Shown: positions 1-8,658 of the stretch, piece by piece | How positions within the stretch are numbered: position 1 is the stretch's first letter | Layout of the letters: each line of letters opens with the position of its first letter | Position numbers and translations under genes: made by a program | Assembly: GCA_009903855.1 (NCBI GenBank) | Contig: WYEK01000027.1 | Span: forward strand, 1 to 54,282 | DNA from: Thermocrinis sp. | GTDB taxonomy: Bacteria > Aquificota > Aquificia > Aquificales > Aquificaceae | Direction: 5' to 3' | Length of the DNA: 54,282 bases | Notes under the pieces: generated by a model | What the model was told of the DNA's origin: nothing | What the model saw: the letters and a program-made list of their open reading frames with translations, nothing else | The model's database searches: none

Positions 1-434
1 TTTGGGCAAAGAGGAAAAGAGACATCTATAGCTGGGATTACCAAAGGAATGTAAGATTTGAAGAGGTTCATTATGGGCTTTTGGTAATGATTGTTTGCGA
101 TAGGAATGGAATTGTTTATGATATGTGGGTTCATCCTGCCAGCTATCACGAAGTGAGGTCTGTAAGGATAAGGTATCAAAAGAGTTTGTGGTTTAGGGCA
201 CTTGCAGACAGCTTTTGTCTTATGGGTGATAGAGGGTATAGAGGTTTGGAATACGTGCATGTATGTGAGGATAAGCCAGACAAGAGTGTTAGGCAAGTGA
301 TAGAGGCTGTGAATTCTCAGATAAAGGTTTTTAACGGAGTTAGTAGATGGAGGAATATTACGACTTTACTTGCTTACCTTCAGGGTTATACTGTTGGGTA
401 TAGTTTTTTCAGTAAGTCTTGGTTGTTTGAATAA
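1..434 (+). mobile_element. IS982-like DDE transposase, C-terminal part (5' end outside window)
   Basis: Frame is open from position 3 (WAKRKRDIYS...HYGLLVMIVCD). Motifs HPASYHE, LMGDRGY and RQVIEAVNSQIK resemble IS982/IS5-type DDE signatures. Confidence 0.75.
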
Positions 435-449
435 TTTCTCACCCGAGGT
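434..449 (+). repeat. Probable right terminal inverted repeat of the IS (ATTTCTCACCCGAGGT)
   Basis: Directly follows the transposase stop. Its reverse complement begins AC (ACCTCGGGTG), as IS982 ends do. The partner repeat is not in the window. Confidence 0.45.
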
Positions 450-833
450 ATGTTTTTTATTATAGCTTCATTATGTATAGTTTTGTCGGATATGCTGAGT
501 GAGAGATCAAGCATGTGGCTGAGTTTGATATTTCTAAACTAGCACTCCACAACATGCTTCTTAGGGGTTTTAACGATACTGTGGATATGGCTTTTAACTG
601 TGTACAGGTTCTGAGTGGCTTGCATACCATCTTTATTCTTAACCTTTCTGAAAATGTGGTAGAGCTTGATGCTAAGGCAGTTGGTAAGGTAAAAGCTTAT
701 AAAGAGGGTAGAGGCTTGAACATTTGGAAGTTTGGGCTTTCTGCTTGATTCAGACTTTTTGGGTTTAAGAGAGCTTTATACCTTTTGCATAATAGGTAGA
801 ATTGCGTTATAAAAGCGTATGGTATAATTTATA
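450..833 (-). pseudogene. Decayed N-terminal fragment of a related transposase, inverted orientation
   Basis: Minus strand reads INYTIRFYNAILPIMQKV*SSLKPKKSESSRKPKLPNVQASTLFI...YHIFRKV, then frameshifts to IKMVCKPLRT. RKPKL..Q..TLFI resembles IS982 N-termini. Confidence 0.45.
820..828 (+). promoter_or_regulatory. Extended -10 promoter (TGGTATAAT) upstream of the diguanylate cyclase
   Basis: TGnTATAAT 23 nt upstream of the ATG at 852, followed by an AGGGGG SD-like run. Confidence 0.55.
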
Positions 834-851
834 GACTAGGGGGAAATCTAA

Positions 852-1877
852 ATGTTTGACGCGAAAAACTGTCCTCTTTACGAAAAGCTAAGTAGAGGGG
901 AGCCTCTTAGCCAATCTGAGAGAAAACTCTTGGCGGATATAGTTAGAGAGGAAATAAAATTCTTGCTGAGAAATCAGATACTGCCTACGCCCAGAAACTA
1001 TGAAAGATGGTTTTATATATTTTGTAATCTTATTGCAAGCGGGCAAAAGCTTGAAGACAGTGTTTTAATGGAGTTTTATAACAATATTTATAAGGAAGAA
1101 AGCGACCTTGTAAATATTAAAATAGACCTTAAGCACACCGTCCAAATTCTAAGCGATATAGTCGGTGAGCTTCAGGAATCTCTAAAAGAGAGCTACGAGC
1201 AAGCATCCATAGAAGAGCAGAGGATCAACGAGCTACAAAAGAAAGAGGAAGCTATAGAGGATTTCATAGCCTCTCTTCTTTTGGAGATGTTAACGCTTGT
1301 AAGAAACCTAAAGCATGAAAACGAGAGCTTTTTGAAAAAGGTGGAAGCTCAGCAGGAGATTATAAGTGAGTTGAAATCCAAGCTTAAGACAGTTGAGGCG
1401 GAGGCAAATATTGATCCATTAACTTCTCTGTTCAATAGACGTTCTTTGGAGAGAGCTCTTAAAGAGTTTTTTACATTGTGTAAGCAATCCAAAATGTCTT
1501 TTAGTTTGATTTTTATAGACGTTGATAATTTTAAGCATGTGAACGATAACCATGGGCATCATGTGGGAGACTTTGTGTTAGCAGAAGTAGCAAAGGTTTT
1601 AAGAACGAGCATGCGTGCAGAGGATATAGTGGGTCGTTGGGGTGGGGATGAGTTTATAGCTTTAATGCCCAATACAGATTTAGAAAATGCAAAAAAGGTT
1701 CTTGAAAGGATAAAGTCCCAACTGGAAAAAGTGGAAATATTTGCAGAAGGCAGGAGGTTTAAGGTATCTGTAAGCGCGGGCGTTGTAGAATGCAGAGAAA
1801 ACTTTCAAAGCTGGTCGGATATGATTAAAGAAGCAGACAGACTTATGTATGAGGATAAAAAGAAAAAAGCCCTATAA
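852..1877 (+). CDS. Cytoplasmic diguanylate cyclase (coiled coil + GGDEF)
   Basis: DPLTSLFNRR, DVDNFKHVNDNHGH, I-site RAED, intact GRWGGDEF. Confidence 0.92.
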   Translation: MFDAKNCPLYEKLSRGEPLSQSERKLLADIVREEIKFLLRNQILPTPRNYERWFYIFCNLIASGQKLEDSVLMEFYNNIYKEESDLVNIKIDLKHTVQILSDIVGELQESLKESYEQASIEEQRINELQKKEEAIEDFIASLLLEMLTLVRNLKHENESFLKKVEAQQEIISELKSKLKTVEAEANIDPLTSLFNRRSLERALKEFFTLCKQSKMSFSLIFIDVDNFKHVNDNHGHHVGDFVLAEVAKVLRTSMRAEDIVGRWGGDEFIALMPNTDLENAKKVLERIKSQLEKVEIFAEGRRFKVSVSAGVVECRENFQSWSDMIKEADRLMYEDKKKKAL

Positions 1878-1886
1878 TATCCTCCT

Positions 1887-2918
1887 ATGAAAGCGGTTAT
1901 TTTAGATAACTTTGGAGACGAAAAGAACCTAAAGTATGTAGAGGATTTTCCTATCCCAGATATAAGGGAGGATGAAGTCCTTGTTAGGGTGAAGGCGGCT
2001 GCTCTTAATCATCTGGATGTATGGGTCAGAATGGGTGCTTTGGCGGTAAAGCCAGAACTTCCTCACATACTTGGTTCAGATGTTAGCGGAGTGGTAGAAA
2101 GGGTTGGTTCTCTGGTGAAGAATGTAAAAGTGGGAGAGGAGGTAATAGTTGCTCCCGGTTTGTCCTGTGGTGTGTGTTATGAGTGTCAGTCTGGAAGGGA
2201 CAACCTCTGTAAAGATTACGATATACTTGGGCTAAAAAGCAAAGGTGGTTATGCGGAGTTTGTAAAGGTACCTGCAAGGAATGTTCTGCCAAAGCCAAAA
2301 AGCTTGAGCTTTGAAGAGTCCGCCAGCTATCCCCTTACCTTTTTAACGGTTTGGAATGCCCTGGTTAGAAAGGGAGGTATAAAGCCCCACAGCAAGGTTT
2401 TAATATGGGCTGGCTCCTCGGGTGTGGGTGTTGCAGGTATTCAAATAGCCAAGCTCTTTGGTGCTTTTGTGATAGCCACTGCGGGGGACGAAAGGAAGGC
2501 GAAGATGTGCAAAGACCTGGGGGCGGATGCGGTCATAAACCACTATGAGGAGGATGTGGTAAAAAAGGTTAGAGAAATGTTTAAAGAGGGAGTGGATATT
2601 GTTATGGATCATGTGGGGGAGGCGACCTTTTGGAGAAGCGTGGAATGTCTTAAAAAGGGTGGAAGGCTTGTTTTCTTTGGCACTACCACGGGCTCAAAGG
2701 CGGAGATAGATATAAGGTATATTTTTGTTAGGGAAATTGAACTTTTGGGTGTTTATATGGGACCGAGGGCAGACCTCTTTAAGATCACCGAACTCTTTGA
2801 GAGGGGGCTTTTAAAGCCAGTGGTGGATAAGGTTTTTGACCTCAAGGATGCCCAGGAAGCCCACAGATACTTGGAAAGCTCTAAGCATTTCGGAAAGGTT
2901 GTGCTGAGGGTTGAATGA
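1887..2918 (+). CDS. Zinc-binding MDR-family dehydrogenase/quinone oxidoreductase
   Basis: ALNHLD, structural Zn motif CGVCYEC-x7-C, AGSSGVG nucleotide-binding loop, HFGKVVL end. Confidence 0.88.
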   Translation: MKAVILDNFGDEKNLKYVEDFPIPDIREDEVLVRVKAAALNHLDVWVRMGALAVKPELPHILGSDVSGVVERVGSLVKNVKVGEEVIVAPGLSCGVCYECQSGRDNLCKDYDILGLKSKGGYAEFVKVPARNVLPKPKSLSFEESASYPLTFLTVWNALVRKGGIKPHSKVLIWAGSSGVGVAGIQIAKLFGAFVIATAGDERKAKMCKDLGADAVINHYEEDVVKKVREMFKEGVDIVMDHVGEATFWRSVECLKKGGRLVFFGTTTGSKAEIDIRYIFVREIELLGVYMGPRADLFKITELFERGLLKPVVDKVFDLKDAQEAHRYLESSKHFGKVVLRVE

Positions 2919-3888
2919 AGGCTATTCCCTCCCTCTCGTAGGTCTTTTTGAGCCTTTTTATGAACTCGTGGCGAATAAGAAATTGACTGTCTGGGTTAAG
3001 AACTCTGAGAGTGGTGTTTAAGGTAATCCCAAGCTCTGTAAAGGCACTGTAGCGCACAGGGGGCTCAAAGCTTGGGTCCGCACCTTCAACAGTTCTTTGC
3101 ACCTCCCTTGCAACCTCTAAGGTGAGCCTTTCTACTTTTTCAAGGTCCGAAGAATATGGGATCACGATGGAAACTGTAATGTTCATTGAGGGCGTTGGTT
3201 TTTTGTAGTTTACTACTATGGAGTTAACCAGCCGGGAATTTGGCACCACCACAAGGTTGTTGTCCCTCCTCCTAATGACTGTGTTCATCCATGTTATGTC
3301 CTCCACATAACCTTCTTCACCGTTTTCTAACTTTACAAAATCTCCCACTTCAATCTGTCTGCTGGCAATTAGGTTAAGCCCGGAAAAGATGTTGGAAAGA
3401 ATACCCTGAAGGGCAAGAGAGACCGCAAGTCCAGCAATGCCTAAGGTAGTTATAAAATGGGCTACCTGAATGCCAAGATAAGATAGGATGGTTATAATAC
3501 CCAAAATATAGACGAACAATTTAATTATCACAAACACAATACCAGTCCTGGGGAATTTTAAGTTTGTCTTTGAGATATAAACCTGTAAAAGTTCAGGAAG
3601 CAGATTAGAAAAGAAAGAAGTTATGGAAAGGATCAATAGAGATATTAAAACCTTTTCTATCACTGAGGAGTATTTCAAAAGCTTTGTGGGGCTGAGCTCT
3701 ACCGTAAGGTAAAGGCTAATAACAATCGCCCAAAACAAAGAGGGTAGACGGAGCACCCGAAGAAGTATTAAAGCATAGTCGTGGGAAGATTTTTTAATGA
3801 AGCCCAAAAACAGCCTTCTAACGAACAACAAAACTAACAGTGATCCCAAGAATATCAAACCGCTTAACAAAAGCCCATGCCTTACCAA
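2881..3888 (-). CDS. MscS-family mechanosensitive channel
   Basis: TM helices, LGIAGLAVSLALQGILSNIFSG, VGDFV, GYVEDITWMNT, VPNS. Confidence 0.9.
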   Translation of the reverse strand: MVRHGLLLSGLIFLGSLLVLLFVRRLFLGFIKKSSHDYALILLRVLRLPSLFWAIVISLYLTVELSPTKLLKYSSVIEKVLISLLILSITSFFSNLLPELLQVYISKTNLKFPRTGIVFVIIKLFVYILGIITILSYLGIQVAHFITTLGIAGLAVSLALQGILSNIFSGLNLIASRQIEVGDFVKLENGEEGYVEDITWMNTVIRRRDNNLVVVPNSRLVNSIVVNYKKPTPSMNITVSIVIPYSSDLEKVERLTLEVAREVQRTVEGADPSFEPPVRYSAFTELGITLNTTLRVLNPDSQFLIRHEFIKRLKKTYEREGIAFIQPSAQPFRNA

Positions 3889-4538
3889 TACAACCTCCTC
3901 CTGTAAAACACTCTAACGAGTTTGTAGCCTACAAAAAATCCCCCTATGTGGGCAAACCAAGCCACTCCACCCATGCCTGCAAAGGGCAGTGTAATCAGCC
4001 CGTTTATAATCTGAATAAACACCCACATGCCTATAAAAAATACTGCCGGTAATTCCATAAAGGTCAAGAACAAGAAAATGGGCACAAGGGCAAGAATGCG
4101 GGCATGTGGGAAAAGATAAAGGTATGCCCCCAGCACTCCGCTTATAGCCCCGCTGGCACCCACCATAGGCACGTGCACCGCGCCCGTTAAAAAACTAACA
4201 AGGGATTGAATAACCGCTGCACCAAGACCACACAGCACATAAAACAGCAGATACTTAAACTTTCCCAAACGATCTTCCACATTATCTCCAAAAACCCACA
4301 AAAACCACATATTGCCAATGATATGAAGCCAGCTTCCGTGTAAAAACATGTGAGTAAACAGCTGGTAAGGTTTGGAAAAAACTTCCGCCGGCACCAAACC
4401 AAAGTTATAGATAAAGTCGTTAAACTCGTACTCCCCCAAATTTACTTCATACAGCCATACCACAGAACAAGCGAGGATGATGGCTAAATTGGCAATTGGA
4501 AAGCTTCTGCTTGGGTTCATATCCTTTAGAGGGATCAT
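3882..4538 (-). CDS. Rhomboid intramembrane serine protease
   Basis: HMFLHGSWLHIIGNM, GASG (catalytic Ser), AHIGG (catalytic His). Start taken at the ATG of MIPLKD. Confidence 0.92.
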   Translation of the reverse strand: MIPLKDMNPSRSFPIANLAIILACSVVWLYEVNLGEYEFNDFIYNFGLVPAEVFSKPYQLFTHMFLHGSWLHIIGNMWFLWVFGDNVEDRLGKFKYLLFYVLCGLGAAVIQSLVSFLTGAVHVPMVGASGAISGVLGAYLYLFPHARILALVPIFLFLTFMELPAVFFIGMWVFIQIINGLITLPFAGMGGVAWFAHIGGFFVGYKLVRVFYRRRLYW

Positions 4539-4628
4539 GCCAATCAAAGATTATAACAGAACGTCTATTCTTTAAAATATGCTTATAATTTTAATTTCAT
4601 AAGCTAATCTAATTTTTGGAGGTGTGCC

Positions 4629-5921
4629 ATGAGCAAGCATGTAGTTATACTAGGTGGTGGTATAGGTGGTTTAGCAACCGCCTACAACCTAAGGAAGATG
4701 GACAAAAGCCTGAGGATCACGGTAGTCTCAGGCAGACCATACTTTGGTTTTACGCCCTCTTGGCCGCACTTAGCGTTGGGCTGGAGAAAGTTCGAAGACA
4801 TAAGCATTCCTTTGGGAAGCTTACTGCCAAAGCACGGTATTGAATATGTGCCGGAGAACGGAGAGAGAATAGACCCAGATGCCAACAAACTCTGGACCAC
4901 ATCCGGTAAAGAGATTGAGTACGATTACTTGGTAATTGCCACTGGTCCAAAGCTGGTCTTTGGTGCAGAGGGACAAGAACAAAACTCCACCTCTGTATGC
5001 ACCGCAGAGCACGCTCTGGAACTTCAAAAAAAGCTTGAGGAATTTTATAAGAACCCTGGACCTGTTGTGATTGGTGCAATACCAGGCGTCAGCTGTTTCG
5101 GACCAGCTTACGAATTTGCCTTTATGCTACATTATGAGCTTAAAAGGAGAGGAATAAGACACAAGGTACCCATAACCTTTATCACTTCGGAGCCTTACGT
5201 GGGTCATATGGGGCTTGGTGATGTGGGACCTTCAAGAAGAGTAATGGAAGACCTTTTTGCAGAGAGAAGCATAAAATGGATTGCCAACGTGAAGATCACC
5301 AAGGTAGAACCAGACAAGGTAATTTACGAGGACCTAAACGGCAACACCTACGAAGTGCCTTGTAAGCTATCCATGCTGATGCCAAGGTTCATGGGTCCCG
5401 ATGTGGTTGCGTCCGCTGGAGACAAAGTGGCAAACCCTGCCAACAAGATGGTGATCGTCAATAAGTGTTTCCAAAACCCCACTTACAAGAACATCTACGG
5501 CGTGGGCGTTGTAACTGCCATACCCCCTGTGGAGCAAACACCTATACCTACTGGTGTACCCAAGACGGGTATGATGATAGAACAGATGGCTATGGCGGTG
5601 GCAAAGAACATAATCAATGACATAAGAAACTCTACAGATAGATATGCACCAGAGCTCTCTGCCATATGCGTTGCAGACATGGGAAAGGACGCTGCCTTCT
5701 TCTATGTAAGTCCAGTTATACCCCCAAGGGCTGAAGTGAAGTTTGGCAAAGGTATGTGGGCACACTACATAAAATCCGCCTTTGAAAAGTATTTCATGTG
5801 GAAGATAAAGAGCGGAAACATTGCCCCCTTCTTTGAAGAGGAAGGTCTCAAGCTATTGTTTGGCACCAAAGGAGTTGTTCTCTGTTCAGATTGTTCAGGA
5901 GCACCCGGTAGCGCGTGTTAA
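4629..5921 (+). CDS. sqr: Sulfide:quinone oxidoreductase, type I (Aquifex-like)
   Basis: GGGIGG FAD motif, SVCT, SCFGPAYE, PKTGMMIEQMA, AICVAD; 430 aa with a Cys-rich tail as in the Aquifex enzyme; GGAGG RBS. Confidence 0.95.
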   Translation: MSKHVVILGGGIGGLATAYNLRKMDKSLRITVVSGRPYFGFTPSWPHLALGWRKFEDISIPLGSLLPKHGIEYVPENGERIDPDANKLWTTSGKEIEYDYLVIATGPKLVFGAEGQEQNSTSVCTAEHALELQKKLEEFYKNPGPVVIGAIPGVSCFGPAYEFAFMLHYELKRRGIRHKVPITFITSEPYVGHMGLGDVGPSRRVMEDLFAERSIKWIANVKITKVEPDKVIYEDLNGNTYEVPCKLSMLMPRFMGPDVVASAGDKVANPANKMVIVNKCFQNPTYKNIYGVGVVTAIPPVEQTPIPTGVPKTGMMIEQMAMAVAKNIINDIRNSTDRYAPELSAICVADMGKDAAFFYVSPVIPPRAEVKFGKGMWAHYIKSAFEKYFMWKIKSGNIAPFFEEEGLKLLFGTKGVVLCSDCSGAPGSAC

Positions 5922-5950
5922 AAGAAGGGGGCAATGCCCCCTTTTTAAAA
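5921..5950. terminator. Bidirectional intrinsic terminator between sqr and the cytochrome c gene
   Basis: AAAG-AAGGGGGC-AAT-GCCCCCTT-TTTAAAA hairpin between two convergent stops. Confidence 0.85.
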
Positions 5951-5951
5951 A

Positions 5952-6452
5952 TTACTTAAGAGAAAGGATCCACTCTGCAAGCTTCTTGGCTTCTTCGTCG
6001 GTTACATTCTGAGGAGGCATTGGTACATTACCCCATACACCAGCACCACCTTTTTTAATCTTGTCCGCCAGGTAATTCACTGCATCAGCTTTGCCTGCAT
6101 ACTTGTTTGCCACATCCTTATAGGATGGTCCCACCTTCTTGGCGTTTACATCGTGGCAGGCAAAACAGCCCTTAGCCTTAGCTAAATCCTCTGCGCCTGC
6201 CGTTGCAGTAGTCTGGGCTGGCTTTGCCTCAGACTTTGGTTGCTCGGCGGGTTTTTGTTCCCCTGCGGGTTGCTGGGTGGGCTGTTGTTGCTCGCCAGCA
6301 GGTTGTTGCTGTTGCTGCTGTTGTTGCTGGGCGGGCTGTTGTTGCTGCTCGGTGGGCTTTTGCTCCCCTGCAGGCTGTTCTGCAGGCTTTTGCTGGCAGG
6401 ATACTGCCAAAAAGCCCAAGCTGAAAAGTCCCAAAAGCAAGCTCTTCTTCAT
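5952..6452 (-). CDS. Lipoprotein-anchored cytochrome c552/c555 with Gln/Pro-rich linker
   Basis: Lipobox LAVS-C, about 65 aa Q/P/A/E linker, CFACH heme motif, VWGNVPMPPQ axial Met; domain closely resembles H. thermophilus c552. Confidence 0.92.
   Translation of the reverse strand: MKKSLLLGLFSLGFLAVSCQQKPAEQPAGEQKPTEQQQQPAQQQQQQQQQPAGEQQQPTQQPAGEQKPAEQPKSEAKPAQTTATAGAEDLAKAKGCFACHDVNAKKVGPSYKDVANKYAGKADAVNYLADKIKKGGAGVWGNVPMPPQNVTDEEAKKLAEWILSLK
6235..6395 (-). repeat. Low-complexity CAG/CAA-rich repeats encoding QPAGEQ units and a Q9 tract
   Basis: QPAGEQ x3, KP(A/T)EQ x3, QQQQQQQQQ. Confidence 0.85.
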
Positions 6453-6489
6453 GGCACACCTCCTTAAAGTGTATTATAAAGGATTATTG

Positions 6490-6498
6490 TGGTATAAT
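6490..6498 (+). promoter_or_regulatory. Extended -10 promoter for rpsT
   Basis: TGGTATAAT upstream of a GGAGG RBS and the ATG at 6540. Confidence 0.55.
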
Positions 6499-6539
6499 TT
6501 TTATGAAAATTAGGTTAAAATCCTTGCTGGAGGTTTTGT

Positions 6540-6827
6540 ATGCCGAACACAAAGCAGGCTGAAAAGCGTATGAGAAGGGATGCCAAGAGAAGGCTGAGAA
6601 ATAGGTATCACCTGTCTCGTATGAAGACCTACATAAGAAACCTTAAAAAGCTTATAGTCCAAGGCAAGATAGAGGAGGCAAAGGAGTATCTGCCAAAGGT
6701 AATATCTGTAATACAGCATACCGCCTCAAAGGGAGTGATCCACAAAAACGAGGCAAGCAGAAGATGTTCAAGGGTTCAAAAGCTTCTTAACCAAGCCCTT
6801 GCCAAGGTTCAGGGAAGCAACCAGTAG
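6540..6827 (+). CDS. rpsT: 30S ribosomal protein S20
   Basis: MPNTKQAEKRMR...SKGVIHKNEASRR. Confidence 0.97.
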   Translation: MPNTKQAEKRMRRDAKRRLRNRYHLSRMKTYIRNLKKLIVQGKIEEAKEYLPKVISVIQHTASKGVIHKNEASRRCSRVQKLLNQALAKVQGSNQ

Positions 6828-8246
6828 CCCCTCCCTAAAAAGAACCAAAAGGCTAAAGTAAAGGATAATACACATAGGTATTGCTAAAAGCAGGTGTATT
6901 TTTTCTTTCAAAAATAGACCAAACAGTCCCATCAGAAGGCTGGCAAGGGCTACCTTCACCGAACTTTCCATTAAAGTTTGCCAATCTATCAATTGGTAAG
7001 TTTTTCTCAGGAGGTATCCAAAGGAGAAGAGGGAGGAGGTAGCAGTGCCCAAAGCCAAACCCACCGCACCCAGCTTTAGCACAAAGGCATAAATAAGGGC
7101 ACTCGTGCCCTCAGACAAAATAGCCAACAGGCTTGCTTTCATGGGTGTAAGGGTGTCTCCTTTGGCAAAAAATACACTGCTGAGGGCTTTTTGGAGGGAA
7201 AAGAAGACAAGCCCCAAGCTGTAAGCCTTTAGCACATAAGAGACCATCAAAACATCAGTTCCAGAGAAGTTTCCTCTACCGTATAAAAGCCTTACAATTT
7301 GCTCTGAGAAGACAAGAAGACCTACCACTGCAGGAAAGGACAGCAAAAACAGAAAACGCATAGCTAAGGTTATGTTTTTGCTTCTGTCTTCACCCAAAGA
7401 GAGGGCAGAAAGCAAAGAGTTTGCCACGCCCACCGATATGGCGCCCAAAGGTAGTTGGAATATCCTGTTGGCGTAATAAAGGTAAGATATAGCACCCAAA
7501 GTCAAAAAGGAAGCCAGAAAGGTGTCTATAAAAAAAGATAGCTGGGCAACGCCAAAGCCCATAAGGGCGGGTATCAGCCTTTTGAACAAAAGCCGAACAT
7601 CGGGATGAAGCCTAAGGCTAAAACCCAAGGGAACGCCCCTTAAGAAGGGTAGATGAAAGGCAAATTGTAAAAAGCCTCCCACCAGAACGCCACCTATCAG
7701 TGCATAATAGCCAAGGCTCTGGGCAAAAAGGGCAATAACCAAGGAAAAACCTATGTTAAAAATTGCCTGAGCAAAGGCAGGCACAAAAAACACACCCCGG
7801 GTGTTCAAAAGAGCCATAAAAAAGGCAGATAGACCCACAAACAGAAGGTATATAAAGACCCATCTACCCATAAAAACTGCCAGATCAAAGTAAGGCTTAG
7901 CCCTCAAACCTGGTGCAATAATACTTATGAGATATTCAGCAAATAACACCCCCAAAAGAACTACCGATAGGTTTATGAGTAAATAGTAGCCCAAAGCTGA
8001 GCTCAAAAACTCTCTCTCTTTGCCCTCCTTTACCTGCTTAGCGTAAATTGGCACAAAGGCGGCGTTGAACCCACCCTCCCCAAAGAGCCTTCTGAAGGTG
8101 TTGGGTAGCCTAAAGGCAACAAAAAAGGCATCTGTTATCTGGGAGACCCCAAAGTGGTATGCTATAAGGGCATCTCTAATGTAACCTAGAACCCTGCTCA
8201 GGAGAGTTGCAAAGGAAAAGGAAAGACTGTGTTTTATGAGCTTCAT
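6768..8246 (-). CDS. murJ: Lipid II flippase MurJ (MviN)
   Basis: SRVLGYIRD, AFRLPNTFRRLFGEG, YYANRIFQLPLG. Start corrected to ATG 8246 because the longer ORF runs into the tRNA. Confidence 0.95.
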   Translation of the reverse strand: MKLIKHSLSFSFATLLSRVLGYIRDALIAYHFGVSQITDAFFVAFRLPNTFRRLFGEGGFNAAFVPIYAKQVKEGKEREFLSSALGYYLLINLSVVLLGVLFAEYLISIIAPGLRAKPYFDLAVFMGRWVFIYLLFVGLSAFFMALLNTRGVFFVPAFAQAIFNIGFSLVIALFAQSLGYYALIGGVLVGGFLQFAFHLPFLRGVPLGFSLRLHPDVRLLFKRLIPALMGFGVAQLSFFIDTFLASFLTLGAISYLYYANRIFQLPLGAISVGVANSLLSALSLGEDRSKNITLAMRFLFLLSFPAVVGLLVFSEQIVRLLYGRGNFSGTDVLMVSYVLKAYSLGLVFFSLQKALSSVFFAKGDTLTPMKASLLAILSEGTSALIYAFVLKLGAVGLALGTATSSLFSFGYLLRKTYQLIDWQTLMESSVKVALASLLMGLFGLFLKEKIHLLLAIPMCIILYFSLLVLFREGLLVASLNLGKGLVKKLLNP

Positions 8247-8253
8247 TGTCTGT

Positions 8254-8340
8254 TGGTGCCGGAGGCGGGAGTCGAACCCGCACGCCCTTTCGGGCACTGC
8301 CCCCTCAAGACAGCGCGTCTGCCAATTCCGCCACTCCGGC
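8254..8340 (-). tRNA. tRNA-Leu(GAG), CCA encoded
   Basis: GCCGGAG acceptor stem, anticodon arm CTGTC-TTGAGGG-GGCAG, long variable arm GCCCGAAAGGGC, GTTCGACTC T-loop, ACCA end. Confidence 0.97.
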
Positions 8341-8350
8341 TTTACTATTT

Positions 8351-8389
8351 ATTATAACACACCTCTGGGCTTTTGGTTTGTGGTATAAT
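8351..8389. promoter_or_regulatory. Back-to-back extended -10 promoters for tRNA-Leu/murJ and acpP-fabF-rnc
   Basis: Minus strand TGTTATAAT (TATAAT at 8351-8356); plus strand TGGTATAAT (8381-8389). Confidence 0.6.
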
Positions 8390-8421
8390 AATACAAACAC
8401 CATAGGTAAGGAGGTTTGATT

Positions 8422-8658
8422 ATGGACCTGGAAACTAGGATTAAGGAGATCATCGCAGACCAGCTGGGCGTAGAAATTGAAAAACTTAGAGAGGACGCAA
8501 ACTTTGTGCAGGACCTTGGGGCAGACTCTTTGGATGTGGTGGAGCTTGTGATGGCTTTTGAGGAGGAGTTTGGCATAGAAATACCCGACGAGGATGCAGA
8601 AAAGATCAGAACGGTGGGGGATGTTATTAACTATCTAAAAGAGAGAGTGCAGACTTGA
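8422..8658 (+). CDS. acpP: Acyl carrier protein
   Basis: [20 protein letters not shown]; AAGGAGG RBS supports ATG 8422. Confidence 0.97.
   Translation: MDLETRIKEIIADQLGVEIEKLREDANFVQDLGADSLDVVELVMAFEEEFGIEIPDEDAEKIRTVGDVINYLKERVQT

Noticed and set aside
515-748. 77-aa plus-strand ORF
   Set aside because: No motif; it is better explained as the antisense of the decayed transposase fragment.
6139-6513. Poly-Cys, poly-Leu and poly-Ala/Val ORFs
   Set aside because: Alternative-frame shadows of the CAG/CAA linker of the cytochrome c gene.
8247-8297. N-terminal extension of murJ in the ORF track
   Set aside because: It lies inside tRNA-Leu; the real start is ATG 8246.
8254-8340. tRNA-Leu as an integration site
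   Set aside because: No integrase and no duplicated tRNA 3' end seen; both flanks are housekeeping genes.
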